From: a virus | IMG/VR virus record: IMGVR_UViG_3300037047_000081 | Length of the DNA stretch: 7,215 nt | Strand: one strand, 5' to 3' | Shown here: piece after piece, positions 4,168 to 7,215 of the stretch | Layout: each line of letters opens with the position of its first letter | Numbering within the stretch: position 1 is the stretch's first letter | Made by a program: the position numbers and the translations under genes | Notes under the pieces: model-generated | Database searches by the model: none | Seen by the model: only the letters and a program-made list of their open reading frames with translations | What the model was told of the DNA's origin: nothing

Positions 4168-5606
4168 TGAAAAGGGCGGCCCTTGTACTGGCGACTTCGG
4201 TCGCCCTTTTTCTTTCTGGAGCACACGCGGCCACTCGCGTCATCACTCCGGAAACACCGTTTACCAATATTATGAACGCAGCACAAAGCGCTATCGGTCT
4301 TCCGTATGGCGATGCCGCTTTCTTCGGGCCGGAGTTCACCTCAGAGCACACCGCCGGCTCTAGGTTTCAGGCTGGTCAATCGGTGCCCTCATCTGGCACT
4401 AGTGGTGCAAAGGTGAAAGTAGCCATAAAGCCTGTCGTAACTATTAACGCTCCAAAGCTGGCTAAGTCAGTCGCGTCAGGTTTAAAGGCTGTAAATGTTC
4501 CTATTATCCTTGGTACTGCTGCTGTTGAGTGGGGCATCGCTCAGATACCGGGCGCACAAGTTAAGGACGGCGAACTTACCCGAACCGTTCAAGGCGACCC
4601 CATGCCCGTTGGAACCCATCAAGGCGCATTCTATTGGGAAGCTCAGCAATCCCCATACCCACGAGGAAACGGTCCTGATACAGCTTGCCAAGCCTATATA
4701 GCTACTAAAATCGGTACGTACACCATCAAGTCTCTCACTAAAACGTCAGACACCTCTTTTACGTGCCGATGGGGCCCTCCTTCTACAACTAACACCGATC
4801 AGAATACGGTCATGGCTCGCCAGGGCACCAGTTGCCCCTCCGGCGGGACGTTTGATACTTCTACCGGACATTGTAGGGGTACATCAGAGCGCAAATTCAA
4901 CGATACCGACTACGCTGCTCTTGAGGCAGCAATTTCCAACGTTACTAATTCCGACTGGCTTCGCGACCTCACCAAGGCTAAGTGCGCAGGTGGCCTTTCT
5001 CCTGAATCCTGCTATCAGGATCTAGTAGATCGTCGCCCCAACCATGGCCCTGCGTCACAGACTGTCTCCTCTCCTGCCGTGACCACTACGACCACCAACC
5101 CTGACGGCACCACGTCCACCACAACCAAGACCACTAGCAATAAGTATGACTACACCTACACCCACAACTCTTACGATTACAAAGTAACGACCACCACCAC
5201 CACCACGACTAACGGCCAAACAACGACAGAAGTGACAACTGAGCAGCCATCTTCTCCCGATGAACAGCCCCAGGAGGAACCAAAGGAGGAGGGCCAAGAA
5301 GAATCCATGCCTGAGGTCACCGATCTGTACAAGCCGTATATAGACAAGCTCAATGATATTAAGACCGATGTTGCCGCGCCTCCGGCAGTTGTTCCTTCCG
5401 TTGGATATTCTGCGTGGTATTCATTTGGTGGTGGCTGCTCTGAAATTAACGTTGATCTTCCGATTATCGGCTCATGGTCTACCAGTTATTGCCCGTACGT
5501 TATTGATTGGGTTCGCCCAATACTGGCGTTCTTGTTTGTCGTCTTCACTTGGCATTACTGTCGCGAGCTCTGGTCCGAAGCCGTCACCCAAGCGAGGCCC
5601 ATGTAA
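4167..5606 (+). CDS. Minor coat / host-adsorption protein (gIII-like), 479 aa
   Basis: TAATG overlap with the coat stop. The signal peptide is MKRAALVLATSVALFLSGAHA. The N-terminal domains carry paired cysteines. A Thr/Pro/Glu-rich linker spans about 5065-5305. The C-terminal domain has a membrane anchor (ILAFLFVVFTWHY). The track start at 4143 is a GTG inside the coat gene. Confidence 0.75.
   Translation: MKRAALVLATSVALFLSGAHAATRVITPETPFTNIMNAAQSAIGLPYGDAAFFGPEFTSEHTAGSRFQAGQSVPSSGTSGAKVKVAIKPVVTINAPKLAKSVASGLKAVNVPIILGTAAVEWGIAQIPGAQVKDGELTRTVQGDPMPVGTHQGAFYWEAQQSPYPRGNGPDTACQAYIATKIGTYTIKSLTKTSDTSFTCRWGPPSTTNTDQNTVMARQGTSCPSGGTFDTSTGHCRGTSERKFNDTDYAALEAAISNVTNSDWLRDLTKAKCAGGLSPESCYQDLVDRRPNHGPASQTVSSPAVTTTTTNPDGTTSTTTKTTSNKYDYTYTHNSYDYKVTTTTTTTTNGQTTTEVTTEQPSSPDEQPQEEPKEEGQEESMPEVTDLYKPYIDKLNDIKTDVAAPPAVVPSVGYSAWYSFGGGCSEINVDLPIIGSWSTSYCPYVIDWVRPILAFLFVVFTWHYCRELWSEAVTQARPM
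4190..4217 (+). terminator. Intrinsic terminator/attenuator candidate just after the coat gene, embedded in the gIII signal-peptide codons
   Basis: GGCGAC-TTCG-GTCGCC gives a 6-bp stem with a UUCG-type tetraloop (4190-4205), followed by CTTTTTCTTTCT (4206-4217). Confidence 0.5.
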
Positions 5607-5929
5607 TGGCTGCATTAGCTAAGTTCTTTCTCAGCATCTTCGCTTACTTCGCCAACTTCGTTATTGCAAAGCTTGGTGCCCGTTACGGTATTAGGCTCGC
5701 CCTGGTCGCTGCATGGATTGCGTTACTCGCGACTGTCACCGCCACCACTAACGGCATACTGACCGGCCTTGTATCGCTCGCTGGCCAGATACACCCAGTT
5801 GTCGAAACCGCGCTGGGTATCCTCCCGCCGGTCACCGGAGCGTGCATCGCGGCCATTGCAGCCACCCGCGCTGCCTGCTGGCTCTATGTCACCGGCATTC
5901 ACGCCGCTTCGGTCAAAGCCCGCATCTGA
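5606..5929 (+). CDS. Hydrophobic minor coat protein (gVI-like), 107 aa
   Basis: TAATG overlap with the gIII stop, and GAGG lies 8 nt upstream. It has several hydrophobic segments. Size and position match Ff pVI (112 aa). Confidence 0.65.
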   Translation: MAALAKFFLSIFAYFANFVIAKLGARYGIRLALVAAWIALLATVTATTNGILTGLVSLAGQIHPVVETALGILPPVTGACIAAIAATRAACWLYVTGIHAASVKARI

Positions 5930-5936
5930 GCTGTTA

Positions 5937-5980
5937 GCCCCCTGCCGGGGCCCCTTTAGGGGCCTGGGTAGGGGGCCTTT
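5937..5980 (+). other. GC-rich hairpin cluster between the gVI-like and gI-like genes. Possible attenuator.
   Basis: GGCCCC (5949-5954), TTTA, GGGGCC (5959-5964). A competing stem pairs GCCCC (5937-5941) with GGGGC (5947-5951). A third GGGGGCC copy at 5971-5977 is followed by TTT. Confidence 0.35.
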
Positions 5981-5998
5981 CATCCCCATGGAGGTCCT

Positions 5999-6925
5999 AT
6001 GGCCGTTTACTTCGTGACCGGGAAACTCGGCTCCGGTAAGTCCCTCGCGTGTGTCTCCAAGATTCGCGATTACCTCTCCGATGGTCGTCGGGTGGCTACC
6101 AACCTCGATCTACAGTTGGATGAGATGTTCACTTACTGCAAGTCAGCCGCTATCCGTTTGCCCGATAAGCCACGTGCTGAGGACCTCGCAGGCCTTGGCC
6201 CTGGCTATGACGCCGAAGACCCACGCGACTACGACGAAAAGCGTTTCGGCTTGATCGTGCTCGATGAGTGCGGCACCTGGCTAAACAGCCGCGAATGGAA
6301 CGATAAGGGTAGGAGGGCGCTTATCGACTGGTTTTTGCATGCCCGAAAGCACCGCTGGGACGTCATGTTTCTGATCCAGGACATCGAGTCATGCGATGCT
6401 CAGATCGTTCGTTCGCTGTGTGAGCATCTGGTCATCTGCCGCCGCATGGATCGTTTCAAGGTGATGGGTATCAGCTTGCCCAAGATGCACATCGCCAACG
6501 TCTACTACGGTCGTAGCGCCGAAGTCAGGGTCGAACGCTGGACCTACAGAGGTGCTGATCTGTATCGCACCTACGATACCCGGCAGGTGTTCCGTGATGG
6601 CATGGAGTACCTAGACCAAGGCCCGGTCGACATGCGTGCGCCTTACACCATGCTCAGCGCTTGGCACCTCAAGGGCCGTTATCTGCCGCCATTGGCTGAG
6701 GATGTGCCGCTGCGTAAGCGCCTTGGTGCGTTTCTGTTCAAGCTGGCTGTTTGGCCGATCATTGCGCCTTGGATGATGTTGCACCGCGAGTCCTGCATCC
6801 GCATCGCGTTTCGGTCTGTCTGGCTTGAGCATCACGCCAAGCAGGTTCATGCGGCACGGCAGCAGCGATTGGAGCAGCTTCGCATTGCGTACAGCCCTGA
6901 CTTCCCGCCGATCAACCATCTGTGA
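5999..6925 (+). CDS. gI: Assembly/morphogenesis ATPase, gene I / Zot family, 308 aa
   Basis: GGAGG at 5990-5994 lies 4 nt before the ATG. Similarity to Ff pI as I recall it is strong: MAVYFVTGKLGSGKS (Walker A), ATNLDL, RLPDKP, LIVLDECGTWLNSREWNDK (Walker B), IDWFLHARK, CRRMDR, VERWTYRG, YDTRQVF. One membrane-spanning segment (LGAFLFKLAVWPIIAPWMML) is followed by only ~45 aa. Confidence 0.95.
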   Translation: MAVYFVTGKLGSGKSLACVSKIRDYLSDGRRVATNLDLQLDEMFTYCKSAAIRLPDKPRAEDLAGLGPGYDAEDPRDYDEKRFGLIVLDECGTWLNSREWNDKGRRALIDWFLHARKHRWDVMFLIQDIESCDAQIVRSLCEHLVICRRMDRFKVMGISLPKMHIANVYYGRSAEVRVERWTYRGADLYRTYDTRQVFRDGMEYLDQGPVDMRAPYTMLSAWHLKGRYLPPLAEDVPLRKRLGAFLFKLAVWPIIAPWMMLHRESCIRIAFRSVWLEHHAKQVHAARQQRLEQLRIAYSPDFPPINHL

Positions 6926-6957
6926 GAGATTCCGCGCCTACGCAATGGAGGCGCGAC

Positions 6958-7125
6958 ATGTCACTGATCGACCGTGAATGGTTTCACCGCAAGGAAAACA
7001 AGCCGCAGGCCCGGCCGGCACGCCACCATCTGCAACCAGCCGAACCAAGCCCGCCAGGACTGGCAACTGCCTGCTTGATTGCCCTGGTACTCGTGGCGGG
7101 TGTTCTTCTCTGGCGCTTCGCATAA
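6958..7125 (+). CDS. Hypothetical 55-aa tail-anchored membrane protein in the position occupied by gIV in Ff
   Basis: GGAGG at 6947-6951 lies 6 nt before the ATG at 6958. The track start at 6922 is a GTG. The C-terminal hydrophobic segment is LATACLIALVLVAGVLLW. Its TAA stop lies within the CGCATAA arm of dif-like site A. The last 30 nt are duplicated at window positions 1-30. Confidence 0.5.
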   Translation: MSLIDREWFHRKENKPQARPARHHLQPAEPSPPGLATACLIALVLVAGVLLWRFA

Positions 7126-7215
7126 TGGATGGCCTTATGTTGAGCGGTGTCCGGACAATGCCTCTGGCTCCGGGCGCCGGTTAACATAGGGCCGATTATG
7201 CGCTGCGCTATCGAT
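7096..7215. repeat. Terminal direct repeat copy B (circular-permutation overlap)
   Basis: Identical to 1-120. It contains the 3' end of the 55-aa ORF, the dif-like hairpin and the start of the 76-aa ORF. Confidence 0.95.
7111..7210 (+). other. Second copy of the dif-like hairpin (same element, duplicated by the terminal overlap)
   Basis: Lies inside the 7096-7215 repeat and is identical to 16-115. Confidence 0.55.

Larger units (their letters stand above)
1..7095 (+). mobile_element. One full unit of a circular filamentous-phage (inovirus-like) genome or replicative form, about 7095 bp
   Basis: An exact 120-bp overlap at both window ends implies a 7095-bp circle. The gene order is rep, small ORFs, ssDNA-binding candidate, two mini hydrophobic ORFs, coat, adsorption protein, gVI-like, gI/Zot. 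All are on one strand and tightly packed, with ATGA/TAATG/TGATG junctions. Confidence 0.85.

Noticed and set aside
3184-4363. ORFs overlapping the ssDNA-binding, coat and gIII genes: 3184-3570 (-), 3240-3485 (-), 3892-4224 (-), 4059-4286 (-), 4064-4363 (+), 4148-4351 (-)
   Set aside because: They overlap genes with strong ribosome-binding sites and canonical protein architectures. None has a convincing start context.
6922-7187. Alternative ORFs around the junction: GTG start at 6922, 6938-7123 (-), 6978-7184 (+), 6984-7187 (-), and the GTG-52 start of the 93-aa ORF
   Set aside because: The ATG at 6958 has a GGAGG at ideal spacing, and the others have none. Several run through the dif-like hairpin, whose sequence is better explained as a DNA site.
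1-7215. Interpreting the 120-bp terminal copies as attL/attR of an integrated prophage
   Set aside because: The copies end exactly at the window edges and contain phage coding sequence. There is no flanking non-phage DNA, so a circular overlap is the simpler reading. Source reads would settle it.

Overview
The window appears to be one complete, circularly permuted genome of a filamentous ssDNA phage (inovirus-like), not a chromosomal segment. Bases 1-120 are identical to 7096-7215, which gives a 7095-bp unit.

The + strand follows an Ff-style gene order:
- a gII-family replication initiator (1532-2764)
- three short start/stop-overlapping ORFs (2761-3316), one of them a 36-aa ORF missing from the supplied track
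- an ssDNA-binding candidate in the gV position (3331-3681)
- two mini hydrophobic ORFs of 31 and 40 aa in the gVII/gIX position, also missing from the track
- a textbook major coat gene (3922-4167)
- a 479-aa gIII-like adsorption protein (4167-5606)
- a gVI-like hydrophobic protein (5606-5929)
- a gI/Zot-family assembly ATPase clearly similar to Ff pI (5999-6925)
- a 55-aa tail-anchored ORF (6958-7125)

I see no secretin (gIV), integrase, transposase, tRNA, rRNA or CRISPR.

The remaining ~1.5 kb, running across the circular junction to ~1510, is a regulatory/accessory module. It holds two small ribbon-helix-helix-like ORFs (103-333 +, 1203-1412 -), a 112-aa basic ORF (330-668 -), and a ~360-bp non-coding region.

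Items most worth follow-up:
1. Two inverted dif-like sites could fold the + ssDNA into a ~100-nt hairpin with a bubble at the central-region position. This would be a CTXphi-style XerCD attP.
2. Two near-perfect 18-bp palindromes lie 63 bp apart, and one fills the spacer of a promoter with a perfect TATAAT.
3. A repressor/replication divergent switch is packed with GCATGC and ATGTGATTTG repeats.
4. An intrinsic-terminator-like hairpin is encoded inside the gIII signal-peptide codons.
5. The genome has an Ff-like pI but no secretin.
6. The gIII module is low in GC and looks mosaic, with a Thr-rich linker.

All functional calls come from reading the sequence and recalling protein families. No database search was run.
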